Below, piece after piece: positions 47,326 through 56,336 of a stretch of 64,000 bases of DNA. The notes beneath the pieces are model-generated. The model had not been told where the DNA came from. It saw only the letters and a list, made by a program, of their open reading frames with translations, and ran no database searches. Made by a program: the position numbers and the translations under genes. Positions within the stretch are counted from its first letter, which is position 1. Each line of letters begins with the position of its first letter. Source of the DNA: Candidatus Binatia bacterium (GTDB lineage Bacteria > Desulfobacterota > Binatia > Bin18); assembly GCA_963664395.2 (NCBI GenBank), contig OY761159.2, positions 3,904,001-3,968,000 of the forward strand. Direction: 5' to 3'.

Positions 47326-49140
47326 ATGACAACACCCTCACGTTACATCGTTGGTATTGACCTGGGTACGACAAATAGTGTGGTGGCCTATGTCGATACG
47401 CAGGACGAAGAACTACCCATACGGATTCTGCGCATTCCTCAGCTTACGACCCCCGGCAATGTTGAGGAACGGACGACGCTTCCCTCCTTTCTCTACATTC
47501 CGACGAAACAGGAATTCCCCGAGGGAAGCTTGGCTTTGCCGTGGACGGATGAGTTGAGCTTTGCTGTCGGGACGCTTGCTCGAACGCGTGGAGCTGAAGT
47601 CCCGGGACGCCTCATTTCGTCTGCCAAGTCGTGGCTGTGCCATACCGGCATGGATCGCACTACCCCCATCTTGCCCTGGGATGGCGGCGATGAAGTCCAA
47701 AAAATGTCGCCGCTCGAGGTTGCCGCCCAGTACCTTGCCCACATCCGCCAGGCATGGAATGCACAGATGGTACGCGCTGACTCGGAAAACAGTCTGGAAC
47801 AGCAGGATGTTTTCCTGACGGTCCCAGCCTCTTTTGATGCGGTTGCACGCGAGCTGACGGTTCAGGCTGCTGAGCACGCTGGCTTCGTGAATGTGACTTT
47901 ACTCGAAGAACCCCAAGCTGCCTGTTACTCCTGGATTGACCAATCCGGCGACGCCTGGAGAAGGCAGGTGCGCGTAGGCGACATCATACTGGCCTGCGAC
48001 ATTGGCGGGGGGACCACGGATTTCAGCCTTATTGCAGTAGCTGAACAGGACGGAGAGCTGGAACTCGAGCGTGTTGCTGTCGGAGATCATATTCTGCTGG
48101 GCGGCGATAACATGGACCTGGCCCTTGCGTATGCCGTCCAGCAACGCCTGGCGCAAAAAGGGACCAGACTTGATGCGTGGCAGCTGCGTGGGCTGTCGCA
48201 GAACTGTCGAGCGGCCAAAGAGAGTTTGCTCCAGCTCGATCACGAGCAGAACTATCCCCTGACGATTCTTGGACGAGGAAAAAGTGTGATTGGGGGGGCG
48301 CTACGGACCGAACTTTCGTACGACGAGGTTGAGAAGGTATTGGTCGATGGGTTCTTTCCTTACTGCACTGCGGACGAACGCCCCCAGACGAGCCGTCGCG
48401 TTGGATTTCAGGAAATAGGGCTCCCCTATGCGGCTGATGCTGGTGTGACGAGACATCTTGCGAAATTTCTGGCTCAGCACGTATCAATCGACGCGGAAAC
48501 GGGAACCTTTCTGCACCCTACGGCCTTGCTGCTTAACGGAGGGACGCTGAAAGCTGCATTGCTACAGGACCGCTTGGTGAGAGTGGTCAATACCTGGCTT
48601 GAAAAGGACGGTGGAGAACCGCTCCGGGTCCTTGAAGGGATTGACCTTGACCATGCCGTTGCACGTGGAGCGGCTGCGTATGGGCGCGCCCGACGTGGGC
48701 ACGGTGTGCGTATCCGCGGGGGAACCGCTCGTTCCTATTACATTGGTATCGAGAGTTCCATGCCGGCTGTTCCTGGCATGCCGGCTCCACTCAAAGCCTT
48801 GTGTACGGTCCCGTTTGGTATGGAGGAAGGAACTGAGTGTGATATCTCCGGCCAAGAGTTCGGGCTGATTGTCGGCGAGCCGGCCGAATTTCGATTTTTT
48901 GGCTCAACGACGCGACGAGAAGACCGCCTCGGTGACCTGATTGAAGCGCCGGATGAGGAGGTCGAAGCTCTTTCTCCTTTGGAAACGACACTGTCATGGG
49001 CGGGGCGAGAAGGGACCCTGGTCCCAGTTCGGTTGCGCGCACATGTAACCGCAGTTGGGACGATAGAGCTCTGGGCTGTAGCGACAGACGAAAATCAGCG
49101 TTGGAAGTTGGAGTTCAACGTACGAACAACGGAAGGGTAG
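47326..49140 (+). CDS. Atypical Hsp70-family protein (604 aa)
   Basis: GIDLGTTNS, TVPASFD, LLEEPQAA, DIGGGTTD, LGGDNMD, LNGG, AVARGAA; non-canonical C-terminus. Confidence 0.92.
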   Translation: MTTPSRYIVGIDLGTTNSVVAYVDTQDEELPIRILRIPQLTTPGNVEERTTLPSFLYIPTKQEFPEGSLALPWTDELSFAVGTLARTRGAEVPGRLISSAKSWLCHTGMDRTTPILPWDGGDEVQKMSPLEVAAQYLAHIRQAWNAQMVRADSENSLEQQDVFLTVPASFDAVARELTVQAAEHAGFVNVTLLEEPQAACYSWIDQSGDAWRRQVRVGDIILACDIGGGTTDFSLIAVAEQDGELELERVAVGDHILLGGDNMDLALAYAVQQRLAQKGTRLDAWQLRGLSQNCRAAKESLLQLDHEQNYPLTILGRGKSVIGGALRTELSYDEVEKVLVDGFFPYCTADERPQTSRRVGFQEIGLPYAADAGVTRHLAKFLAQHVSIDAETGTFLHPTALLLNGGTLKAALLQDRLVRVVNTWLEKDGGEPLRVLEGIDLDHAVARGAAAYGRARRGHGVRIRGGTARSYYIGIESSMPAVPGMPAPLKALCTVPFGMEEGTECDISGQEFGLIVGEPAEFRFFGSTTRREDRLGDLIEAPDEEVEALSPLETTLSWAGREGTLVPVRLRAHVTAVGTIELWAVATDENQRWKLEFNVRTTEG

Positions 49141-49199
49141 CGGGCCGCCCGCCGGCTGGCCTGTGCCCTCAATTCTCTGTTTCACGAGATACTAGAATA

Positions 49200-52085
49200 A
49201 TGACGACTGCTGAGGCGGCGCAGCCGCGCTACATTGTTGGCATTGACCTGGGCACGACAAACTGTGCGGTCGCGTATATTGATACCGCCCGCTCGGCCGA
49301 GATCCTGCCCTTTTCCCTTCTGCAATTAATCAACGAAGCAACGGTTGCTGCTCAACCAACGCTTCCGTCGTTTCTGTATTTACCCGGCCCGCGCGATCTG
49401 CCGGAGGGCAGTCTGAGCGTACCGTGGGACCGTGAGCCGACGTTTGTTGTGGGGCAGTTTGCCCGGGTCCAAGGCGCGCGCATACCCGGCCGTCTCGTCT
49501 CTTCAGCCAAGTCGTGGATGTGCCATGCCGGTGTGGACAGACAGGCCGCTATTTTACCCTGGGATGGACTGTCTGAAGTAAAAAAAATATCACCGGTTGA
49601 GGCGGCCGCTCGCTATCTGCTGCATCTTCGTCAAGCGTGGCGGCACGCAATGGGCAAAGCCTATCCGCTGGAAGAACAACAGATCATCCTGACCGTTCCC
49701 GCCTCCTTTGATGAAGTCGCCCGCGAACTGAGCGTAGAAGCGGCCGGGCGCGCCGGGCTCTCTCAACTGACGCTCTTAGAAGAGCCCCAAGCGGCCTTAT
49801 ACGCCTGGGTAGGCGCGCATACGGACTCATGGCAGACGCAACTCAAGGCAGGTGACGTTATTTTGGTGTGTGACGTTGGTGGGGGGACGACTGATCTCAG
49901 TCTGATGACGGTCACACAAGGCAAGAATCAGCTCGGCTTGGAACGGATCGCTGTCGGCGAGCATCTGTTGCTTGGGGGCGATAATATGGACGTGGCGCTG
50001 GCACGTCTGATCGAAGGTCGTCTCAACGCGGGCAAACGGCTGGACTCCCAACGCTGGCATCTATTGTGTCAGTTGTGTCGGACGGCCAAAGAAGATCTGT
50101 TTGCAGATGCGTTGGAAGAAACGGTGCGGCTGACCTTGCCCGGTCGAGGCAGCTCGGTTGTGGGCGGTACGCTGAGTGACGGCCTGACCCGAGCAGACAT
50201 TGAACAGATCGTCCTTGGCGGGTTTTTCCCCAGCGTCGAAGCTGAGGCGACACCCCGGCGAGGCGGACGGGCCGGACTCCAGGAGTTCGGGCTTCCATAT
50301 GAAACAGAACCGGAGATATTACGCCACATCGCATTTTTTCTGAGACAGCATGCCGACGAGGTGGCACAGACGTCCCTGGGGTTAGCACGTCCTGATGCCA
50401 TCTTGTTTAACGGTGGAGCGCTGACTCCGCTGGCCATACGCGAGCGGATTGCACAGACGGTTGCGGCCTGGTTCCAAAGCGAAGAATCTCACGGCCAAGA
50501 CGATTGGCAGCTCTCCGTCCTTTCCCATTCCAATCTCGATTTAGCCGTCGCCCATGGAGCGGCCTATTACGGCTTGGTGCGGCGCGGCCACGGGGTCCGA
50601 ATTGGCGGAGGGAGTGCCCGTTCGTACTATGTTGGCGTTGGCGGAACGCCCCGGAATTGGCAGGCCAAACAGGCTGACGCTTCAGTATCTGCTGTCTGCC
50701 TCGTACGCAGAGGCATGGAGGAAGGCGAGGAGATTCATCTGACGGAACAGGAGTTCGAGGTCCTGGCCAATCAGCCGGTGAGTTTCCCCCTGTATGCCTC
50801 CAGTACTCGAAGCGGTGACCAACCAGGAGAACTGCTCAGGCTGGACTCGGACGAGCTTGCGTTCTTACCTCCAATCAAAACAGTCCTGCGATTTGGCAAA
50901 AAAACCGGGGTCACCAAAATTCCAGTACAAGTCTCCGCTCGTTTTACTGAAGTCGGGACGCTCGAACTGTGGTGCGAAGCGCGTCAGACTGGCCACCGTT
51001 GGCGCTTGCAGTTTCAGTTGCGCGGAGAAGGGCAGAGTGTAGCGCCGGCGTCCCAAGCGATAGTGAGTGAAGAACAGGTCCTTGATGAAACTCGTTTGAC
51101 GAATGCAACGACTCTTTTGCGGCGTGTGTTTGTGACAGGAAAAACAGAGGGAGAGGACAGTGGCCCCCAGACCCTTCCCCGGCAGCTTGAAGAAATTCTT
51201 GGAACAACGAGAGACAGTTGGCCGCTGAGTGCTATTCGCGCCTTGTGGGATGTCTTGTGGGACGTTCAAAAAGGACGGGCGAAGGGGCCTGAGTATGAAG
51301 CCCGGTGGCTGAATCTTATTGGCTTTCTGTTGCGTCCGGGTTTTGGCCATCCAACGGATGAATGGCGCATGCAACAAGTCTGGAAACTCTACGGTTGGGG
51401 AATCACGCATGCCAAGGCTACGCAATGTCGGGCTGAATGGTGGAATATGTGGAAGCGAGTAGTGGGTGGCTTGAGCCGACAGCAGCAGACGGTACTCCAG
51501 CACGAGATTGCACCTCGCATTCTGCCTATTTCGTCTAAGGCAAAAAATCAGAAGCAATCCGGTAGCCGGAAAGCCGGTCCGCAGGAAGTACGCGAGATGT
51601 GGCAGGTGGCGGCAAGCTGTGAGAGGCTTGATGCCGAAGCTAAAAATAGTATGGGTGAGGCTCTGGTCCGACTTATCGAAAAAGGGAAGGCGTCAGAGCA
51701 GGAAATCTGGGCGCTGTCTCGTCTCGGAGCGCGGTCGCTCATGTACGGCCCGGCCAACTGTGTGGTCCGTAAAGAAAAAGCGGCCCGGTGGGTCCAGCGT
51801 CTGCTTGAAAAAACCTGGCGTCAGCCCGAGGCGACCGCGTTCGCGCTGACGCAAATCGCCCGCTGTACGGGCGACCGCACGCGCGATCTTGATGACGCAT
51901 TGCGTGAACGAGTTGCCGAGCGACTCGCATCCTTTTCGTTCGGCCAGCGGTGGGCTAAGCAGGTCCGAGAGGTCGTTCGGCTTGAGGCCAGGGAGCAGGC
52001 GCGTATTTTGGACGAGACGCTGCCGGCCGGCTTGCAGATCAAGAACATTGAAGACGAGGAGGGCGATACGCGCAGGCTGTCTTGA
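49200..52085 (+). CDS. Atypical Hsp70-family protein with C-terminal helical extension (DUF3731-like)
   Basis: Same Hsp70 motifs (GIDLGTTNC, DVGGGTTD, LGGDNMD) plus a ~350 aa Trp-rich tail (WLNLIGFLLRPGFG..DEWR, WW..W.R..GGL); start reassigned to ATG 49200. Confidence 0.9.
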   Translation: MTTAEAAQPRYIVGIDLGTTNCAVAYIDTARSAEILPFSLLQLINEATVAAQPTLPSFLYLPGPRDLPEGSLSVPWDREPTFVVGQFARVQGARIPGRLVSSAKSWMCHAGVDRQAAILPWDGLSEVKKISPVEAAARYLLHLRQAWRHAMGKAYPLEEQQIILTVPASFDEVARELSVEAAGRAGLSQLTLLEEPQAALYAWVGAHTDSWQTQLKAGDVILVCDVGGGTTDLSLMTVTQGKNQLGLERIAVGEHLLLGGDNMDVALARLIEGRLNAGKRLDSQRWHLLCQLCRTAKEDLFADALEETVRLTLPGRGSSVVGGTLSDGLTRADIEQIVLGGFFPSVEAEATPRRGGRAGLQEFGLPYETEPEILRHIAFFLRQHADEVAQTSLGLARPDAILFNGGALTPLAIRERIAQTVAAWFQSEESHGQDDWQLSVLSHSNLDLAVAHGAAYYGLVRRGHGVRIGGGSARSYYVGVGGTPRNWQAKQADASVSAVCLVRRGMEEGEEIHLTEQEFEVLANQPVSFPLYASSTRSGDQPGELLRLDSDELAFLPPIKTVLRFGKKTGVTKIPVQVSARFTEVGTLELWCEARQTGHRWRLQFQLRGEGQSVAPASQAIVSEEQVLDETRLTNATTLLRRVFVTGKTEGEDSGPQTLPRQLEEILGTTRDSWPLSAIRALWDVLWDVQKGRAKGPEYEARWLNLIGFLLRPGFGHPTDEWRMQQVWKLYGWGITHAKATQCRAEWWNMWKRVVGGLSRQQQTVLQHEIAPRILPISSKAKNQKQSGSRKAGPQEVREMWQVAASCERLDAEAKNSMGEALVRLIEKGKASEQEIWALSRLGARSLMYGPANCVVRKEKAARWVQRLLEKTWRQPEATAFALTQIARCTGDRTRDLDDALRERVAERLASFSFGQRWAKQVREVVRLEAREQARILDETLPAGLQIKNIEDEEGDTRRLS

Positions 52086-52142
52086 GTAAAAGAGCTTGAT
52101 ATTCAGCCGGAATTTCTACCGGTCGAGTCCTGGGAGCCGCGC

Positions 52143-54488
52143 TTACTCTGCCTGTTTCACCGCTCCTGCTTGCATCAACTGATCAATCCGGTCCGGATCG
52201 TATCCAACAACTTCTCGGAGGACTTCTCGTGTATGCTGGCCCAACATCGGCGCAACGCGAGGAATACTCGTAGGGGTCCGGGAGAATTTGGCAAAGAGAC
52301 CTGTTTGTCGCACTTCTCCCCACTCCGGATGGGTATGGGTCGCGATCAAGTCGTTTGCTGCGATGTGTTCATCCTCAAAGAGTTCTGCGATTGATAACAC
52401 CGGGGCGCAGGGGACCCCGGCTCGGTCGAGTTGAGCGATCCAGTCCGCGGTTGGCTGTTTTGCAAAGATGGTGGCGAGAGATTGCGCCAGTGGCCCTTCG
52501 ACCTCGCCTGCGCGTGCTGTGTTGAACGAAAAATCTCGGAATAGGGACGGGTAGCCTACTGCCTGACCAAGTTTCTGCCAGTGGGCAGCTTCCATCACGG
52601 CCAGGAAGAACGAGGAATCAGCGCTCGGATAAATGCGATACAAGGGGCTCTTCCCCCATAGATCAGCTCCACCGTTTTCACAGTCCGGTCGGTTGGGATA
52701 GAAAATAAAATCACCGGATTGGACGGCCATGGCGGCATTGGCCAAAGAGGTCTCAACATGTTGTCCCTTGCCCGTTCGAGTCCGCGCGTACAGCGCCGCA
52801 CTCACACCATAGGCGGTTAAGGTCGCCGCGGCGTAATCGCATATCCCACAGGTCAAATAGAATGGTGGCTGGCCATGGCCGCCTTGCGCACGCATCACGC
52901 CGGAGCGTGACTGGAGGAGGGGGTCAAATCCCGGCTGATTGTAATCCGGGCCGTCCGCTCCAAAGCCGGTGACAGAGGCCTGAATAATGCTCGGATTGAT
53001 GCTGCTCAAGGTCTCGTAATCAAGGCCATAGCGCTTTGTTGCGCCGGGCCGCAAATTCTCGACCACAACGTCAGCGTTGCGTACCAGGTCATAGACGACC
53101 TCTTGTCCTGCGGGCGTATTCAGATTGACTGCTATCCCGCGCTTCCCTTGGTTCCAACCCAAAAAGCCAAAACCAAAAGTACGGAACGCATCACCAGAGA
53201 AAGTCTCAACCTTAATGACATCCGCGCCAAGCTGGGCCAGGACCATCGGTCCTAAGGTTCCGGCGATATAGCTGGAGAAGTCAAGCACGCGAACACCGGC
53301 AAGCGGTGGGGAAGAGAAGGTTGTTTTCCTGGATGCTGAGACAGCTCTGGGAACATGCCGGGGCTCTGATTGCCACAAGCCGGCTTGCAGTTCGTCCGTA
53401 TGTTGCCCTAACACCGGCGCGGGACGAGTGATGGAACCTGGCGTATCAGACATCCGTATAGGCACACCCATTTGGATGGTCGGTCCGAGTTCCGGGTCTT
53501 CCACTTCCACTCGCATGCCGTTGTGAATGACTTGTGGGTGCGCAATGAATTCTTGACGACTCATGACCGGTGCTGAAGGAACATCATGCTCACGCAGAAT
53601 GCCCACCCACTCTTCGCGTGACTTGGTCTCCATAATGGCGGAGATGGTATCTGCAAGTTCTTGGCAGTCTTCTGGCCGGATGCCCCAGGGTGCTTTTTCA
53701 TAGCGCGGGTCTGCGGTCCATTCCGGATGTTCCAGCGCCAGGCAGAATTTATTCCAAAAGGTGGCATTCCCACAGGCGACAAACAGCCAGTCGTCAGAGG
53801 CTTTATACAGGCGGTAGACAGGAATAGGCCCGAGCGGGTCTTGACGACTGCTAAACAAGCGCAACATATCAGGGTGGTAGAGTGTCGCCCCAGTTTGCAT
53901 CGCAAACACGCCGGCTAACCACGAGACTTCGAGGTGCTGGCCTTGCTGGCTCTTCTGGCGCTCAAGCAACGCGGCGCAGATAGCGCTCGAAGCGATAAAC
54001 GCCGCTCCATAACTGGCAATGGGTACTACGAGATACACGCCGCCAGCACGATGCGACCACTGACTGCCGTGGAGTCCGCCGCATGCTGCAACCAGGGCAT
54101 CGTCCGCATACCGCTCGGCATGTGGCCCCGTAGTCCCAAAGGCCGGCATGTGGCAGTAGATGAGACCTGGATTTTCCTCGCGGAGTGCAGCATACGCAAG
54201 ACCGCGGGCTGTTTCTGTCCCAGGCTTGTGATCGGTAATGAGGATGTCAGATTCTGCGACAAGCTGCCGAAGCGACTGCCGGCCGGATTGAGAAGAAAGA
54301 TCGGCCACAATGCTCCGTTTACTCCGATTCCAAATATGAAATCCGGGCGTGCCGCGCATGGAGTCGCCCTGTGGGTGTTCGACCTTGATGGCCTCAGCCC
54401 CTTGCTCGGCAAGGAGCATGCCCGTGTACGGGGCTGCTATGCCTTGGGCACATTCAAGGATGCGTATGCCTGCGAGTGCTCCTGCCAT
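52143..54488 (-). CDS. Class III CoA-transferase (CaiB/BaiF), two tandem domains
   Basis: L.G.R.L...GA..IKVE...GD...WN..KR...AP.LGQHT occurs twice. Confidence 0.92.
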   Translation of the reverse strand: MAGALAGIRILECAQGIAAPYTGMLLAEQGAEAIKVEHPQGDSMRGTPGFHIWNRSKRSIVADLSSQSGRQSLRQLVAESDILITDHKPGTETARGLAYAALREENPGLIYCHMPAFGTTGPHAERYADDALVAACGGLHGSQWSHRAGGVYLVVPIASYGAAFIASSAICAALLERQKSQQGQHLEVSWLAGVFAMQTGATLYHPDMLRLFSSRQDPLGPIPVYRLYKASDDWLFVACGNATFWNKFCLALEHPEWTADPRYEKAPWGIRPEDCQELADTISAIMETKSREEWVGILREHDVPSAPVMSRQEFIAHPQVIHNGMRVEVEDPELGPTIQMGVPIRMSDTPGSITRPAPVLGQHTDELQAGLWQSEPRHVPRAVSASRKTTFSSPPLAGVRVLDFSSYIAGTLGPMVLAQLGADVIKVETFSGDAFRTFGFGFLGWNQGKRGIAVNLNTPAGQEVVYDLVRNADVVVENLRPGATKRYGLDYETLSSINPSIIQASVTGFGADGPDYNQPGFDPLLQSRSGVMRAQGGHGQPPFYLTCGICDYAAATLTAYGVSAALYARTRTGKGQHVETSLANAAMAVQSGDFIFYPNRPDCENGGADLWGKSPLYRIYPSADSSFFLAVMEAAHWQKLGQAVGYPSLFRDFSFNTARAGEVEGPLAQSLATIFAKQPTADWIAQLDRAGVPCAPVLSIAELFEDEHIAANDLIATHTHPEWGEVRQTGLFAKFSRTPTSIPRVAPMLGQHTREVLREVVGYDPDRIDQLMQAGAVKQAE

Positions 54489-54526
54489 GGCCGATTTTCC
54501 TCCTACCAGATTCCCGCTTCTGTATA

Positions 54527-55609
54527 TCAGGCGTCTCTCCCGACCGCGTCTCGCAGATGGGAGAATCCTTCTCTCTCCATAATCTGTATCAGCCCACGAA
54601 CAATCCGCTGGGCGAGAAAAGGGCCTTCATAAATCATCCCAGTATAAATCTGCACTAATGATGCCCCGGCACGGATTCGCTCGTACGCATCTTCTGCTGA
54701 GAATATTCCGCCCACACCAATAATCGGCAGCTTGCCTTCAACTGCGCGATACATGCTGCGTAGCACTTCGCGTGCTCGCCCAGCGAGTGGTCGGCCACTC
54801 AGTCCCCCTGTTTCATGTGATGCCGGGCGGAGTCCGGGGCGCGCAACGGTTGTATTTGTTGTAATCAAGCCAGAGACGCCAACCGAGAGGGCAAGCCGGG
54901 CGATTTCTCCAATTTCAGCCTCGCTGAGATCTGGCGCGATTTTGACTAAGAGTGGTTTTTGAGAGGTGTGCTCTGTCTCGGCTCCCTGTCGAATGTGGGC
55001 AAGGAGTGCCTCGAGTATTTTACCCAAGCGTTCCGTCTCTTGCAGTTTGCGGAGCTCCGGCGTGTTGGGGGAGCTGACATTCACGACGAGATAGTCCGCA
55101 AACGGGAGGAGTTTTTCGCAACTTTCGAGGTAGTCCCCCACGGCATCTTCAAGCCGGGTGACTTTTGATTTGCCGATATTGAACCCCAGAGGAACAGGCC
55201 GAGGACGCTGCGGAGACAGCAAGGCTGGCAAGCGCTGGGCGATGGCGCAAGCGCCATCGTTGTTAAAACCCAAACGGTTAATGAGCGCGCTGTCTTGAGC
55301 AAGACGAAAAATACGCGGTTTTGGATTGCCCGGCTGAGCTTTGGCTGTGACTGTTCCTAATTCAGCAAACCCGAATCCCAACGTAGACCAGACCAAGGGA
55401 ACCGCCGCGTTTTTGTCGTAGCCAGCCGCCAGACCGACAGGGTTGGGGAAGCGCAGGCCCCAGAGGTCTTGTGCAAGAAGTTGATGGCTGCATGCCGGTG
55501 TTGGTCGCCGCTGAGATGCCTGGAGCAGTTTAAGGGCATGGATTGACAGCTGGTGGGCGTGTTCAGGGTCGAGAGTAAAAAAGAACGGGCGCAGGAAGGA
55601 GTAGAACAT
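54527..55609 (-). CDS. pyrD: Quinone-dependent dihydroorotate dehydrogenase
   Basis: LAAGYDKN, GNPKPRIFR, INRLGFNN, NVSSPNTP, VKIAPD, GGLSG, LVQIYT. Confidence 0.96.
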   Translation of the reverse strand: MFYSFLRPFFFTLDPEHAHQLSIHALKLLQASQRRPTPACSHQLLAQDLWGLRFPNPVGLAAGYDKNAAVPLVWSTLGFGFAELGTVTAKAQPGNPKPRIFRLAQDSALINRLGFNNDGACAIAQRLPALLSPQRPRPVPLGFNIGKSKVTRLEDAVGDYLESCEKLLPFADYLVVNVSSPNTPELRKLQETERLGKILEALLAHIRQGAETEHTSQKPLLVKIAPDLSEAEIGEIARLALSVGVSGLITTNTTVARPGLRPASHETGGLSGRPLAGRAREVLRSMYRAVEGKLPIIGVGGIFSAEDAYERIRAGASLVQIYTGMIYEGPFLAQRIVRGLIQIMEREGFSHLRDAVGRDA

Positions 55610-55617
55610 ACACCGAC

Positions 55618-56331
55618 TTATGCGTCTTTAAGAGACGCGAGATTTGTATGCTTGAGCAATTCGAGGGTCTGAGACGCTGCTGCCTGATGAGCGCGTTTTT
55701 TACTGCGCCCCTCGCCACTGCCGTATATTCTTCCAGCGATGAAAACTTGGCTGACAAAACGTTTTTCGTGGTCTGGTCCGTTCACTTCAACAACTTGATA
55801 AGAGGGCGTTTCCTTAAATATTTTCTGGGTAATCTCCTGCAAACGCGTCTTGTCATCAAATGTGGCAATCCGCTCTGTCTCCAGTAGGTCTTCGGCAAAA
55901 TGCGCGGCAATGAGTTGGGTTGCCGGCAGAAAGCCGCCATCAAGGTAGATCGCACCCAGCATGGCCTCGTACGCAGCGGCCAGAATGGACGATTTCTCTC
56001 GACCCCCACTGCGCTCTTCGCCCCGCCCCATACGCAGCCAATCGCCTAGAGAGAGGGTATGGGCCTTGACTGCGAGTACTTCCGCATTGACCAGCGAGGC
56101 GCGCATTTTTGATAAATCTCCCTCGCGGTATCGAGGAAACTTGCGGAAGAGCAGGTCACTCATCACAAGTCCTAAAACGGCGTCGCCTAAGAATTCCAGC
56201 TTTTCGTTTTGATCTTCGCCCTCCTCACGTTGGACAGAACGGTGCGTTAAAGCGAGTTGGAGGAGGTCCGGGTTGGTAAACGTATAGCCAAGTATGGACT
56301 GAAGCGCACTGATGTCGGTCGGATCAGGCAT
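55618..56331 (-). CDS. rnc: Ribonuclease III
   Basis: ALTHRS, NEKLEFLGDAVL, EA..GAIYLD.G, dsRBD K..LQE...GPDH...G.G.SKK. Confidence 0.96.
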   Translation of the reverse strand: MPDPTDISALQSILGYTFTNPDLLQLALTHRSVQREEGEDQNEKLEFLGDAVLGLVMSDLLFRKFPRYREGDLSKMRASLVNAEVLAVKAHTLSLGDWLRMGRGEERSGGREKSSILAAAYEAMLGAIYLDGGFLPATQLIAAHFAEDLLETERIATFDDKTRLQEITQKIFKETPSYQVVEVNGPDHEKRFVSQVFIAGRIYGSGEGRSKKRAHQAAASQTLELLKHTNLASLKDA

Positions 56332-56336
56332 ACGTT

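Noticed and set aside
48996-49199. 68 aa N-terminal extension of the second Hsp70 in the ORF track
   Set aside because: It overlaps the first Hsp70; homology starts at MTTAEAAQPRYIVGIDLG (ATG 49200).
47326-52085. Calling either Hsp70 dnaK, hscA or a pseudogene duplicate
   Set aside because: Both frames are intact and well diverged, they lack the DnaK linker and lid, and there is no dnaJ, grpE or isc context.
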